Shown: in pieces, positions 52,692-64,000 of the stretch
Position numbering within the stretch: the stretch's first letter is position 1
Layout of the letters: every line of letters begins with the position of its first letter
Origin: Lama guanicoe
Taxonomy: Eukaryota
Assembly: GCA_013239625.1 (NCBI GenBank)
Contig: MU053934.1
Coordinates: 7,024,399 to 7,088,398 of the forward strand
DNA: 64,000 bases
Direction: 5' to 3'
Translations under genes and position numbers: made by a program
Notes under the pieces: model-generated
Databases searched by the model: none
What the model was told of the DNA's origin: nothing
Seen by the model: only the letters and a program-made list of their open reading frames with translations

Positions 52692-54512
52692 CCGTCTTAA
52701 CATGTCTTATTGCATCATGTTCTGCCCTACTTCCCCTTGAGGGCGTTTATGGAGTCTTTCTGTGTTGTCTGCTAGCATGCAGTTTTTTGTGAATGTCTTG
52801 CTGTTGCATGAAAGGAAAGTGTGTTCTGTTTTCAAAGTGCAGAATTCAGTAATCTCAATTAGATCAGCCTTACCGACATTTACATGGATTCACTGCTCAC
52901 TGAATCACGAATGGTCCATTCATGTTTTGGTTGTTGAAACTCATCTTCTAACTGTTTCTTTAAGAAGAGACCATGGAAACCATGTTCTCTGCATTCTAGC
53001 ATGCTTCAAAATACTTATCTGTGGCCTTTACACTTCAAAAAGCAATCAGGCTGGCTATAATATTCTGGGGACAGGGTAAGCCCAGTCCAGCACCAAATGC
53101 TGCTATGGGGTCTGAGGTCACCCTTATAGGTGACATTATTATTTTGCCTGGATGATCAAAGAATTATTTTGTTAAAGTTTAGTAACTTTACTAAGATGAG
53201 CATTCTGCATCAATTTTTTGTGGGACACCATGTGCCCTTTTGTGAAATTTAGTTTTCATTTTTATCTAAATTATACATGTACATAGTTTAAAGGAAATTA
53301 GTCCTATAAGACTTATAATTTAAAACACTAGTCCTTCATAGCTGGGGACTCCCTCCTCATCATTACTCTCTAGAAGAAGACACTTTCAACTGTTTCCTTT
53401 GATATTTACCTTGGTGGTAGACACTGTTGGCCAGCTGACCCAACTTCCATATCTAACTCTCTTTTCTTTCGCAATACTCAGTTAGGGTGGCCAAGTGACC
53501 AGCAGGCACAAGGAAAAGTCTGCTATGAGGTTTCTGAAAAAATGGTTTCTTTCTTGTCTCTTCCCCTACTTCCTGCTAGAATATGGATGTGGTCGTTGGA
53601 GCTGCAACTGCCATTTTGTAACCATGAAGCCTAAAGAAAAGGCAAAGAGAATCTCAAGACATTGGCTGTCATAGCATCGAGCCTCTAAACTAATCCTAGA
53701 AGCTGCATACTTCCAGAATTCTTGTTATATGAGGCAGAGAAAGAAAGAGAAAAGGGAAATTTGAGCCTTTGTAATTGGTGTTCGTGGTTTTCTTCTTATT
53801 GTTTTTATAGGCAAAGTTTATTCTAACTGATACAGCCCCCATAATTTACCATTGTAAGTGTATACCGCCATTTCTTTTTTTTTTTTAAGTTATGGGTAAT
53901 TTTTGGAAATTGAGGATTTAGCTTTCTTACTCCCCTCCCCACAACACCCAGTTCCCTTCCCCCACCTCCCCAACCTCTGCTCTGCTTATCAGAGGTTCCG
54001 CACCTCTTGTCCTGTATGGCTTCAGATTTCTGCAGATATCTGGGGGAAATAGGAAGGATGTTGGGCTCAGTTCTCTGTCTTTCCCTTCTCTCTGGGATCC
54101 TGGCCCTCAAGACTCTAAGTTTTGCTCAGCGCCTTGTGTTAGTTTCTGGTGTACAGCATAGTGATTCAGTTATATATGTGTGTGTGTGTATATATATATT
54201 CCTTTTCATATTCTTTTTCATTATAGACTACTACAAGGTATTGAGTAAGACTGTGTTGTTTATTTACTTTATATATAGTAGTTAGTATCTGCAAATCTCT
54301 AACTCTCAATTTATCCCTCCACCCCCCCTTCCCCTCTGTTAACCTGTTTGTTTTCTATGTCTGTGAATCTGTTTCTGTTTTGTAAATAAGTTCATTTGTG
54401 TCATTTTCTAGGTTCCACATATAAGTGATATCAGATGGTATTTTTCTTTCTCTTTCTGGCTTACTTCACTTAGTATGACAATCTCCAGGTCCATCCATGT
54501 TGCTGCAAATGC

Positions 54513-54565
<53 letters not shown>

Positions 54566-54618
54566 GTGTGTGTATATATATGTGTGTGTGTATATATATA
54601 TACATATATATATATATA
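54513..54618. repeat. (TATATG)n / (TG)(TA)n compound microsatellite within L1
   Basis: Read directly from the sequence. Confidence 0.95.
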
Positions 54619-54743
54619 AAGTTGTTCTATTCCATTATATATATATATAACAACTTCTTTATCTGAACATCTGTTTGTTGATGGACATTTACATTTCTTC
54701 CATCTCTTGGCTATTGTAAATAGTGCTGCTATGAACATTGGGT

Positions 54744-55449
54744 TGTATGTGTCTTTTTGAATTATAATTTTTTCTGGCTATATGCCCGGGAGTGGGATTG
54801 CTAGATCATAGGGTAAGTTTATTTTTAGTATTTTAAGGAATCTCCATATTGTTTTCCATAGTGGCTGCACCAAATTACATTCCCACCAACAGTGTAGGAG
54901 GGTTCCCTTTCCTCCACATCCTCTCCAGCATTTGTCATTTGTGAACTTTTAAGTGCTGGCCATTCTGACTGGTGTGAGGTAATATCTCATTGTAGTTTTA
55001 ATTTGCATTTCTCTGACAATTAGTGATATTGAGCATTTTTTGATGTGCCTATTGGTTATTTGTATGTTTTCATTGGAGAAATGTTTATTTAGGTCAGTGT
55101 ATGTGTCTTTTTGAATTATAATTTTTTCTGGCTATATGCCCGGGAGTGGGATTGCTAGATCATAGGGTAAGTTTATTTTTAGTATTTTAAGGAATCTCCA
55201 TATTGTTTTCCATAGTGGCTGCACCAAATTACATTCCCACCAACAGTGTAGGAGGGTTCCCTTTCCTCCACATCCTCTCCAGCATTTGTCATTTGTGAAC
55301 TTTTAAGTGCTGGCCATTCTGACTGGTGTGAGGTAATATCTCATTGTAGTTTTAATTTGCATTTCTCTGACAATTAGTGATATTGAGCATTTTTTGATGT
55401 GCCTATTGGTTATTTGTATGTTTTCATTGGAGAAATGTTTATTTAGGTC
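54744..55449. repeat. 352 bp tandem duplication (54744-55095 / 55098-55449)
   Basis: The copies appear identical by eye and are separated by 2 nt (AG). Confidence 0.95.
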
Positions 55450-56758
55450 TTCTGCACATTTTTGGCTTGGGTTTTTTTTGTTGTTGAGTTATGTGAACTG
55501 TTTGTATATTCTGGAAATTAAGCCCTTGTCAGTCTCATCATTTGCAAATATTTTCTCCCAGTCTGTAGGTTGTCTTTTTGTTTTATTTATAGTTCCCTTT
55601 GCTGTGCAAAAGCTTATAAGTTCAATTAGGTCTCAGTTGTTTATTTTTGCTTTTATTTCTATTGCCTTGGGAGAGCGCCCTAGGAGAACAATGCTAAGGT
55701 TATGTCAGAGGATGTTTTGCCTATGTTTCCTCCTAGGAGACTTATGGTGTTGTGTCTTGTATGTAAGACTTTAAGCCATTCTGAGTTCATTTCTCTGTGT
55801 ATTGTGTGAGGGAGTGTTCTAACTTCATTGATTTAAATGCGGCTGCCCCGCTTTCCCAACACCATTTGCCGAGGAGGCTGCATTTTCTCCATTGTATATT
55901 CTTGCCTCCTTTGTTGAAGACTAATTGACTGTATGTGTGCTAACTGCTTTTCAAGCCGACATCCAACCACTGTCCCCCTGCATTTTTCGAGGTGTCAGCC
56001 TTGCTGGGCTCTGCAGCTTCTGGAATTGGCCACATCAGCGTAGGGTTCATCTTCCCTGTATCTATTCAATGAGTTACTTTCAACCATCTGTCATCCAGCT
56101 TCCAAAGTGTTGTCACCATCTCCTTTTCTATTATTTCTGTCCTTGAGGATTTATGTTTTTAAAAATATCCCCTTTGTGTCATTTTGATTGAGTTTTGGAA
56201 GAAAGTGGAGGTGGTTCTTCAGTGTAAGACCTCAATCTCACCACCAGCCTTTGTAGGAAGGATTTTCATCTTGTTTTACAGATAAAGAAACCGAATCCCG
56301 GAGAGGTTACCTGGCCCACTGAGGTCTGTGCACTGAATGTGGGACTTGGACCCATGCGCATCTTCCTTCCTCTTTCCAGTTTGCGCAGCAGCCCCTAGTT
56401 ATGACTTGTTGGTTGGTCAACCCAGCAGAACGTAGAGCTGCTTGCATCGCTGGAGCGCCTAGAAGACAGAGGAAGCAGCAGTAGCAGGTGTGAGAAGGGC
56501 TTTTGCAGCCTGCCCAGTGCTGTGTGCAGGCTGGTTACTTACCGCACAGAGTTTGGTCTGATGGTTAAAGCCATCAGCCACCTGGGTTGAGTGCTGACCC
56601 AGCCCTGGGCCAACTGTGTGACCCTCCCCAGCCTCAGAGGGCGTTGCTGGCCGCACTGCAGGCATCGTTGGAGGAATTGCCTGAGATGATGCAGGCCGAG
56701 CACCGACACATAGCCAACATGTATTGCAATCTTCTTGGATAGCCTCTGGACTGCAGGA

Positions 56759-56942
56759 CAGCAGCTTTCCAACAGGAGAGTGCACCAGAATCCCTGGGTG
56801 GGCTTGTTACAGCACAGATGTGGGATCCCATCCTTGGAGTTTCTGATTCAGCAGATCTGGGTGGGACCTGCCAACCTGCATTTCCAACAGTTCCCAGGTG
56901 ATGCTGCTGCTGCTGACCCTGGGACCCCACTCTGAGAACCAC
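56759..56942. mobile_element. hAT-Charlie MITE (MER5A-like)
   Basis: Motif TTTCTGATTCAGCAGATCTGGGTGGG...TTCCCAGGTGATGCTG...CTCTGAGAACCAC. Confidence 0.8.
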
Positions 56943-58649
56943 CAAGGAAGACTTTCTGGTTTGTACCAGGTTCAGCAGCCTGGCATTGGGCCATGCTGGG
57001 ATCTGGCATCCAAACCCCCTACTCAGCTCATGCCGATCTTGAGCCTACCCCGGAAGACTAGAGAAGAGGGCAGGCTTATTCTTGGGGGACTGTTTGCTCT
57101 TTCTGAAGAAGGAGAGGGGGACACAGGGGACTGGCAGCTTCTACCCTTCTGTCCTGGCTGCTGCCTGATGGAGATGCTCCCCCACCAGATAGAGACCTGG
57201 AGGCCTGAATCCCATTCTGCCCTAACCCCCAAGGCCCTGTAGTTTCCCGATCCTCTTCTGCCAAGAGTGCCCCTGGCCCTGGAAGATGAGAGGCCTTTGG
57301 AAGGAGTTCTGGGGAAACCCTGTCTAGGGTAGCTCTGGGCCAGGAGGCTGAAACTGGGATTTGTCTTCCGCAGTGGGTTTGGAGACCGCAGTGGGCCAGT
57401 CTCCAAGTTCTTCTTGGACCCCAGGGCCTCTGGCCATCTGCCCTGCCTGGCCTCTCGCTGCCCCAGTGTGGTCCTGGTTAAACAGCAGGGGCTTAGTCTA
57501 CACTCACCCCTTTTGGCCCCACTAACCAAGGCTTCTGGAGGGCACGCCTAGGTTCGATTCAAACCAGGGCTCAGGCAGTGTTGGGTGGATGAATGAATGA
57601 ATGAATGAATGAAACGAGGCTTCTCAAAAAAAATCAGCTCAAAGTGCCTTTTTATCTCTAAGTGGTTTGGTTTTGATTCCTTCCAGTAACTAAGGAAGAG
57701 AAAGCACGAGCCCCCTGAAATGACGGCCCTCATCTGACCTTCAGTTCCGCCCAGGAAGCATGTGAGTCGGAGGTCACTGTCCCTCCGTGATAGTAGACTA
57801 TCACTGGGGGGTGATGTGACTGCCTCAGGCCTGCTGGGCTCCTGGCAGTGCCCCTCCCTGCACTGGGCTCCTCCAGCCCAGATAAAGGCGTTGCCCGAGT
57901 TGGTAGATGCCAGCACTGCTGAAATCTGAACAACTACAAAGGAGGGAGTGACTGTCTCTGCTCTAGAGTTGAGTATCGAAGCATGAAAGGCATTTCGTCC
58001 ATAGCCGGCCAGTGTGGCGAGGGCGCACCTCGCAGAGGGAACAGCTGTGCAGAGGCACAGAGGCAGGACAGCTGCTCAGGGAAAGATGAAGAGTTCAGTT
58101 TTGACCTGTTACACCTGGGCTGTGTCTCCCCTCTCTGGACGGCACCTGTGAACCCGGAGGTCAGCAGAGCAGGCTAGAGACGGGATTTGGTGGATACAAA
58201 TGCCTTGGGGGCCATGGGGAGAGGTCAGGACAGAGCCTCTGGGCCCTGCAACATTCCAGGGCCAGCGGGGAGTGAGGGAAACCGCCCTGGCTGACAAAGA
58301 AACCACCAGAGGCGAGATCTGCCGGGAAGGAGGGTGTGAGCAGCACTGGACCCTGTAGCGGTCCAGGGGGATAAGGGTGCAGCATCCCTGCAGGTGGCAC
58401 TCTGGGAGGAGAGGCCAGAGGGAAGAAGGGGAGACATCTCCTGAGAAGTGTGAATGCAAAAGGGAGGCAGGAAGGGCCAGGAGCCAAAGGGGAAGAGTAA
58501 GGTTTGATTGTGTTTGTTTTCAGGTGGGGAGGCCTTTGAGACTGAGCCAATCAGGATTCTTCCAGTTGAAAGTGTCAGAAACCCAATTCACATTCTCCTA
58601 GACACAAAGAGGATTCATCGGCTGGTAGAATATACAGAAGATTCCAAAC

Positions 58650-59287
58650 TGAGGGATGGGAAAACTTGTCATCCTCTCAGGTGCTATGGACTGGCCTGAG
58701 AGTTCCCTGACATAAGACAGATGAACAGGAGAGAAGCATGTGCTTTGCTTAATATTTTTACATGGACATCGGCATCTTCAACAGGAAAATGAAGCCCCCA
58801 GAATACTCTTAGGGCCCAGAGCGTATGTGCCTTTTTACATAAAGAATGATAGGTTATATTACCTCCCTCACCCTTCTTGCTACACACACAACAACAAAAA
58901 ACAAAACAAAACAAAACAAAACAAAGAATAAAAAAAAGAATGACACATTTGGGGATGTGACAGGATGAAGGGGCTGGGGCCGGGTTAGTAAGTTGAGGAA
59001 CAGTGACCAGGAAATATGTAGGGGAAATTAATAGAAAAATAAGGGTTATTTGAGCAGGTTTGTACAGATCCGCTTCAGCATCGAACCCCAGTCTCTGGTG
59101 ATAAGAATGTTCTCTTCTTGGTGCAGGGAGGGCACCTTTCTCTTGGGAAATTTATGACCTGCTTTTAGGTAGAAGCGGGAGGGCAGAGAGCCCTCCCTGC
59201 AGCTCCTGTTTCTCAAGTACCTTCAGCTCACAGTAACCAGTATTCCAGAATAGAGTGTTTTGGGGTGGCATGCTCTGAACCCCTTCA
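58650..59287 (-). mobile_element. ERV1-class solo LTR, same family as 2721-3813, inverted
   Basis: TG...CA ends with TSD AAAC (58646-58649, 59288-59291); aligns end to end with the 2.7 kb copy. Confidence 0.85.
58850..58934 (+). mobile_element. 5'-truncated SINE tail inserted in an LTR
   Basis: ATTACCTCCC motif shared with the SINE tails here, an (AAAAC)n tail, and TSD AAAGAATGA at 58841-58849 and 58935-58943. Confidence 0.65.
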
Positions 59288-60911
59288 AAACGAAATCTTG
59301 GGAAAGGCAGAAATGCTTCAAGCCTGGGGCTCAAATGCCACCCGCCTCCCCATCAGGAGAAGAGGGCTCCCTGCACCATCCCCACCTCATGCCTTTTTTC
59401 TCACCAAGTGTCCTGATCTCTCCCTGGAGACCAGCTTCATCCACGTGGTCAGAAACGGCTCTAACAAAGGCTTCCAAGTTGCACCTGGGACATTTCCCAC
59501 CCCTGGGAAACATTAAATTCTCTTCCTGGGCTCCAGTTTGCAAAATCCCAGATCTGGGTTCTGACTGGTCCTCCTGGGCTAGGGGCCCTGCTGTGAGACA
59601 GTCAGCAGGGGTGTGGACAGAGGTTCCTGCTGTGGATGCTGGGTGGCTTCACACCATTTCCCTGTTTACACCTCCAGGCCAGGTGCCTATGATTTGGACA
59701 CTGGATGGCTGGTCAGAGCAACCTCTGTCTCTGGGAGGACCCTCCCCTTAGTGACCATCTGGTATAACAGGAAATTGAAAAACCACGAGAGTCTAGGCCA
59801 GGGGACACTCAGACTGGGCTGGGGCCAGAGAGGCCTCAGTCCTGGGCTGTTGACTGGCTTCTCAGAGGACCAACACTTCATTTTTGATTATGTCAGTGCC
59901 TCCAGGGAGCTCCACTCCTGCCCACCTCCTCTGTTGGAGTCTTCAGGAGATTGGAGTGGGCATCTGGGGCCACTTGACCGACACATACCCCTAGAGCCTG
60001 GGGTAGGAAGCCCCTGGTGGAGTGGGGGTTAGACATTTGGAGCCAAGCTGAGCCTCGGCCCTGGGGATGGCCTGGAAGGCGGCCCACCTGGCCTCCCCTC
60101 TTGAGGCCTCTTTCTTTCTGTTGTTTGGCCTTTGTTTGCCCCCAGTTTCCTAGGAAATTTGCTTGGGGGAAATTCCAGCTGGTCTCAGCTGAACCAAGAG
60201 TCCAGTCTGTGTTCATCCCTCAGGTTTGTCAGACTGGAGCCTGGGAGCATCCCTGGAGGCTGGGTGGGAAGAAGAAGGCCAGGAGGAGGTGGGCAGGGGA
60301 ACCAGGGGACTGTGAGAGTGTGAGAGGGGGAAGAGAGGATGAAATAGTGATGAAGAGACACAGAGAGAGGACCAGAGATGGGACAGAGAGAGACAGAGAA
60401 GGTCAGGAGGGAGGAGAGAGACCAGGTGGGAGAGGAGGCCTTGGGAGGGAGCCCTAGAGATGGCCCCACTGCCCCACCTGCACTCTGTCCCCAGGGGTCT
60501 GAGGTCAGTCTCAGCTCCAAGCAGCTTGAGGCATTTTGCTGTCTGAGCCAGAAGCAGGAAAGCCCTGGGGGTCCCCTTTGGCCCTGCAGCTAGAAAGAAG
60601 GGAGTTGCGAGCTGCTGCTGGGGCCCTGGGCCTCCTGGGACGGACACATTTGGAATCCATCCTCCCAGGCAGCACCATCAACGCCAAGTGGGAACACTTA
60701 CTTGACTGAGCCAGGCCACACGCCGCGGGGACCACAACCACACCACCCCCGGGCACTGGCTACAGGCCCGGGGCTCCCTCATTGTGACCAGACACTCAGA
60801 GGTCGCTGAGCGCAGGGCTGTGGCCACAGTCAAAGACAGCCCAGGGTATTCTCAGCGGCAGACCCACTCATTCCTCCAGCAACCCCCTCGGAGCACCCCA
60901 GAGTAGGCTCT

Positions 60912-60930
60912 GCGCTGCCCCCTGGGGACC
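60912..60930 (-). promoter_or_regulatory. CTCF-like motif, reverse
   Basis: Minus strand GGTCCCCAGGGGGCAGCGC; a moderate match lying in a locally CpG-enriched patch. Confidence 0.45.
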
Positions 60931-61748
60931 TGGCCGCTGGAGGGGCTTGCAGCTTAGGGGAACAGGCCAGTCAACCGTCTTGGGGCCACAAGAGCCCAGC
61001 AGAGGTGTCTGACCCAGTGAGGCACACTGGGGAGGCTTTCTGGTAGGAAAGGAGAAGAGGGAAAGTTGGCTGGAAAGGGTATTCCAGGCAGGGAAACAGC
61101 CTGAACAAAGGCCCGGGGTAGGGGGCGAAATGCGAGGCCTGTGGGGGAAACACAGAAACTGAGGGAAGAGCCAAGGTCACAACCAGGCACAGAGCAGGCG
61201 AGTCCTGTGGCATGCGCGTGCGGAGGGGAGCCGAGAACACCCAGCACGATCGTCTGGGCGCAGGAGGGACAGCCTGGCAGGGTGTGATCTGAGAGCTGGA
61301 ACGAGAGAAAGGGGTCTCCTCAAAGGCGGACGGTGACGGCCTCTCCCTCAGGCCCATGTGGTAGGAAGAAGAAACTAAACCCATTACAGCCACATGAAGC
61401 GGGAATTTTTGAAGGGCACTGAAGTCCCAGGTTAGTGATGACCGTGGCCTCTGGCTCCTGGAGGAAGCAAGTGGGAATCCTTCTTGGAGGAAAGCGTCCC
61501 CAGTTTGGGCTCCCTGGATTTCCAGATTAAGTTCAACAATATATGAATTTACAAAACACAGAGACACACACATGGACGGACACACACACACACACACACA
61601 GTGAGAGCTGAAATAACACATGAGAAATGTAGGCATAACTCTTCCCACACCAAGAAATATAGGTAGTTGATACCACACTTAGAATGTAAAACCACCAAGT
61701 TTCAAATGTTTAGAAATATAAGAGATGGAGTGAAAAATAGTGATCAGA

Positions 61749-61870
61749 GGGGAGGGTATAGCTCAAGTCATAGAGCACATGCTTAGTGTGCGTGAGGTTC
61801 GATCCCCAGCACCTTCTCTAAAAGTAAAATAAATAAACCTAATTATCTCTGCCCCCTAAAAAAGTTAAAA
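61749..61870 (+). mobile_element. tRNA-derived SINE (Vic-1-like)
   Basis: GGGGAGGGTATAGCTCAAG head; TSD ending TAGTGATCA on both sides. Confidence 0.85.
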
Positions 61871-61964
61871 AAAATTAGTGATCAAGGAACGAGAGGCCGT
61901 CCAAAGCAGTCAGGCTGATTTAAAATTAAACCAAATGTGTAGACATTAAAAATACAAATTTTTT

Positions 61965-62141
61965 AAACAATTTTTTAAAACATTTTTGGGGTTCTTTTTC
62001 TGTCTTTTTTTTTTGTGGTGGGACAATTAGGTTTCTCTGTTTGTTTGTTTGTTTGTTTGTTTTAATGGAGGTACTGGGGACTGAACCCAGCACCTTGTGC
62101 ATGTTAAGCACACTCTGTACTACCTAGCTATACCCTCCCCC
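61965..62141 (-). mobile_element. tRNA-derived SINE (Vic-1-like)
   Basis: Reverse-complement head CTATACCCTCCCC at the right end; TSD AAAATACAA(A)TTTTT. Confidence 0.85.
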
Positions 62142-63168
62142 ACGAAAATACAATTTTTAAAGATTAAATTCTCAACAGAGAGGGGCTTAAAAAGCAGATT
62201 AGATACAATGAAGAGTTAGCTGGAGGGTGAAGATGGAAGAGAAATATGCAGAAATTACTCAGCATGCAGCAGAGAGACAAGGAGACGGAAAACACAAGAG
62301 GCAAAGAGACAAGCGGGTAGAGTGAAAAAACATGGCAGGGTCTAACCTGAGTCCCAGAGGCCGAGGCTGGAGGAAAGGGAGCAAAAGGAGAGATAATGGC
62401 AGAGAATTTTCAGAAACGATGCAAATCATGAATCCACAAATATAGGAATCACAACATATATTGAGCAGAACAAATAAAAATAATCTAAACCTAGGTATGG
62501 TTTGAGAGAAGTGCAACGTTTAGACACCTCCTCTGAGCTCCCGTGCTGCTCCCTTGGTCAAGGCCAGCTCCTCCGACTTCATAGCCGGGCTCAGGGACTT
62601 GCAGGGCTCACTCCGCTGCTCCCAAGCTCCAGACTCTCCTGAGAGCTGCTTGTCCTCCCCGCTCCCTCTCCCTTTGGAGGCCCGGTGGCTGGCCCTTACC
62701 ACCCCCTGCACCACTGCCCGGTCCCCAGATCTCACCAGGCTCAGTCTTGCAGCCTCTCTGTCCTCAGCCGCAGGAGGCCTGGGTGCAAGTCCTGCCACTG
62801 AGCCTGAGTGGTCCTGGCCAAGTTCCTCGCCCTCTCTGGGCCTCAGCTTCCAGCCTCAGTTTGCTCCCCACCCCACCTGCAGGAAAGGCTGTGGCAGCTG
62901 CAGAGTGCAGCCCACCCCGAGGGAGTTTTGGATTCTTTGAAGGAGGAGGAAGGAGGAGTCCCTTGGGTCTTAAAACATCTCCCTTCTTACCCTGAGCAAG
63001 TCCTGTCTTGCTGGGTGGTTCCTCTAGGTGCCCAACTGCCGCTGTCAAAGGCTAGACCAGACCCAGCCAGGCCTCTCATGGGCACCATGAGTGCCCTGCC
63101 TGGGATATAGGCCCATGGCTGGCCAATAATTGATGGCCTCAGCCCAGGCTCAGGTCCTTCATCACTAA

Positions 63169-63787
63169 TGTCAACAATATAAAATGAATCAACAGCGGGG
63201 AGGGTATAGCTCAGGTGGTAGAGCACGCACTTAGTATGCATGAGGTCCTGGGTTCAATCCCCAGTACTTCCTCCAAAAATACATAAACATAATTACCTCC
63301 CTCCACACCAAAATAAAATAATTAGATAATACAATAATTAGTAAAATGTTTTAAAAATGAATCAACAGTCGATCTAAGAAAGAAATGGAAAATTTTGCTC
63401 CTGCCAACCTAAGGATTATAATATGGGAAAGCTCTGAGGACTGTTTGGCCCACTAGAGGTCAAAGCCCAGTTACGCAAGTTTTCGAGACAAAGGGTTTAC
63501 GTCAAACGACGTGTTATTGACAGTTTAGACAATCCAGATCTACGTGTGCAAAGTGAGCAGTGGGTCATGGGTCACTGTGGCCCCTTACAAGATTAAGACA
63601 GGAGGTATTTCCTAAGGAGCAGTGACCCTCGATGAGATTAAGAAGGAATGTCATCTCCTAAGGAGGTCTGGCCAGCGCAGCTGCACAGCTCACGCTGCAG
63701 GGGAGGGAGGAGGCCCAGGAGGGCAAAGGAAAATTTAATGTTTAAATTTTTCTTGTTTTGCCATAAAATAGGAACTTCATTTCCTCA
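63169..63787 (-). mobile_element. Probable ERV1-type solo LTR interrupted by a SINE
   Basis: TG...CA bounded with LTR-like composition; TSD not clean. Confidence 0.55.
63197..63353 (+). mobile_element. tRNA-derived SINE (Vic-1-like)
   Basis: Perfect 15 bp TSD AAAATGAATCAACAG at 63181-63195 and 63354-63368. Confidence 0.92.
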
Positions 63788-64000
63788 CTGTAAGCTACGA
63801 CCCTGTGAGTCTTGCTCTCCCATTAGCCAGCGCTCTGACTCCTGCCATGTATTTATGATTCTTGTCCACTGAGCACCCACAGTGGGGCTGGCTCGGCTCC
63901 AGAACCTTCTGGGCCTCTGTTCACCAAACAAATGAGTCTCCAGGAGGCAAAATCAAGAACACAGGGGAGGGAACGTGACGGATAGGTGGCTTTGCCCTCG

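Larger units (their letters stand above)
54137..55925 (-). mobile_element. Lineage L1 3' ~1.8 kb with internal tandem duplication
   Basis: MFIAALFTIAKRWK and AFAATWMDLEIVILSEVSQKEK motifs; L1 3'UTR. Confidence 0.9.

Noticed and set aside
54408..54738. MYMYMY / HIHIHI repeat ORFs
   Set aside because: Translations of a microsatellite inside L1.
2721..59287. One giant provirus, composite element or completed inversion bounded by the two LTRs
   Set aside because: The LTRs are inverted relative to each other and each has its own matched TSD, so they are independent solo LTRs.
61749..62141. Inverted SINE pair forming dsRNA
   Set aside because: The copies are short, diverged and intergenic, with no evidence of transcription; a common configuration.

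Overview
Mammalian genomic DNA, most likely camelid: six tRNA-derived SINEs match the camelid Vic-1 type as I recall it. The window holds one protein-coding gene, A4GALT (Gb3/CD77/P1PK synthase, GT32), on the minus strand. It has a CpG-island promoter and non-coding exon 1 (~41.2-41.3 kb), an ~18.5 kb intron 1, non-coding exon 2 (22553-22688), a single-exon CDS (20088-21152, 354 aa) and tandem poly(A) signals at ~19.35 kb. The rest is mostly interspersed repeats (L1, L2, MIR, ERV/MaLR LTRs, DNA-transposon relics); repeat family names are from memory, not a database search. I see no new gene system, and nearly all other ORF-track entries are noise. The best leads are: (1) an apparent ~300 bp gene-conversion tract between two inverted solo LTRs 56 kb apart, each near one of a convergent pair of CTCF-like motifs flanking the gene; (2) a perfect-Kozak uORF, in frame with A4GALT, whose stop codon is created only by the exon 2/3 junction; (3) a one-codon start-codon turnover in A4GALT; (4) a young betaretrovirus-like solo LTR in sense orientation 7 kb upstream of the promoter; (5) a chimeric young/old L1 inside one TSD; (6) an apparently perfect 352 bp tandem duplication.
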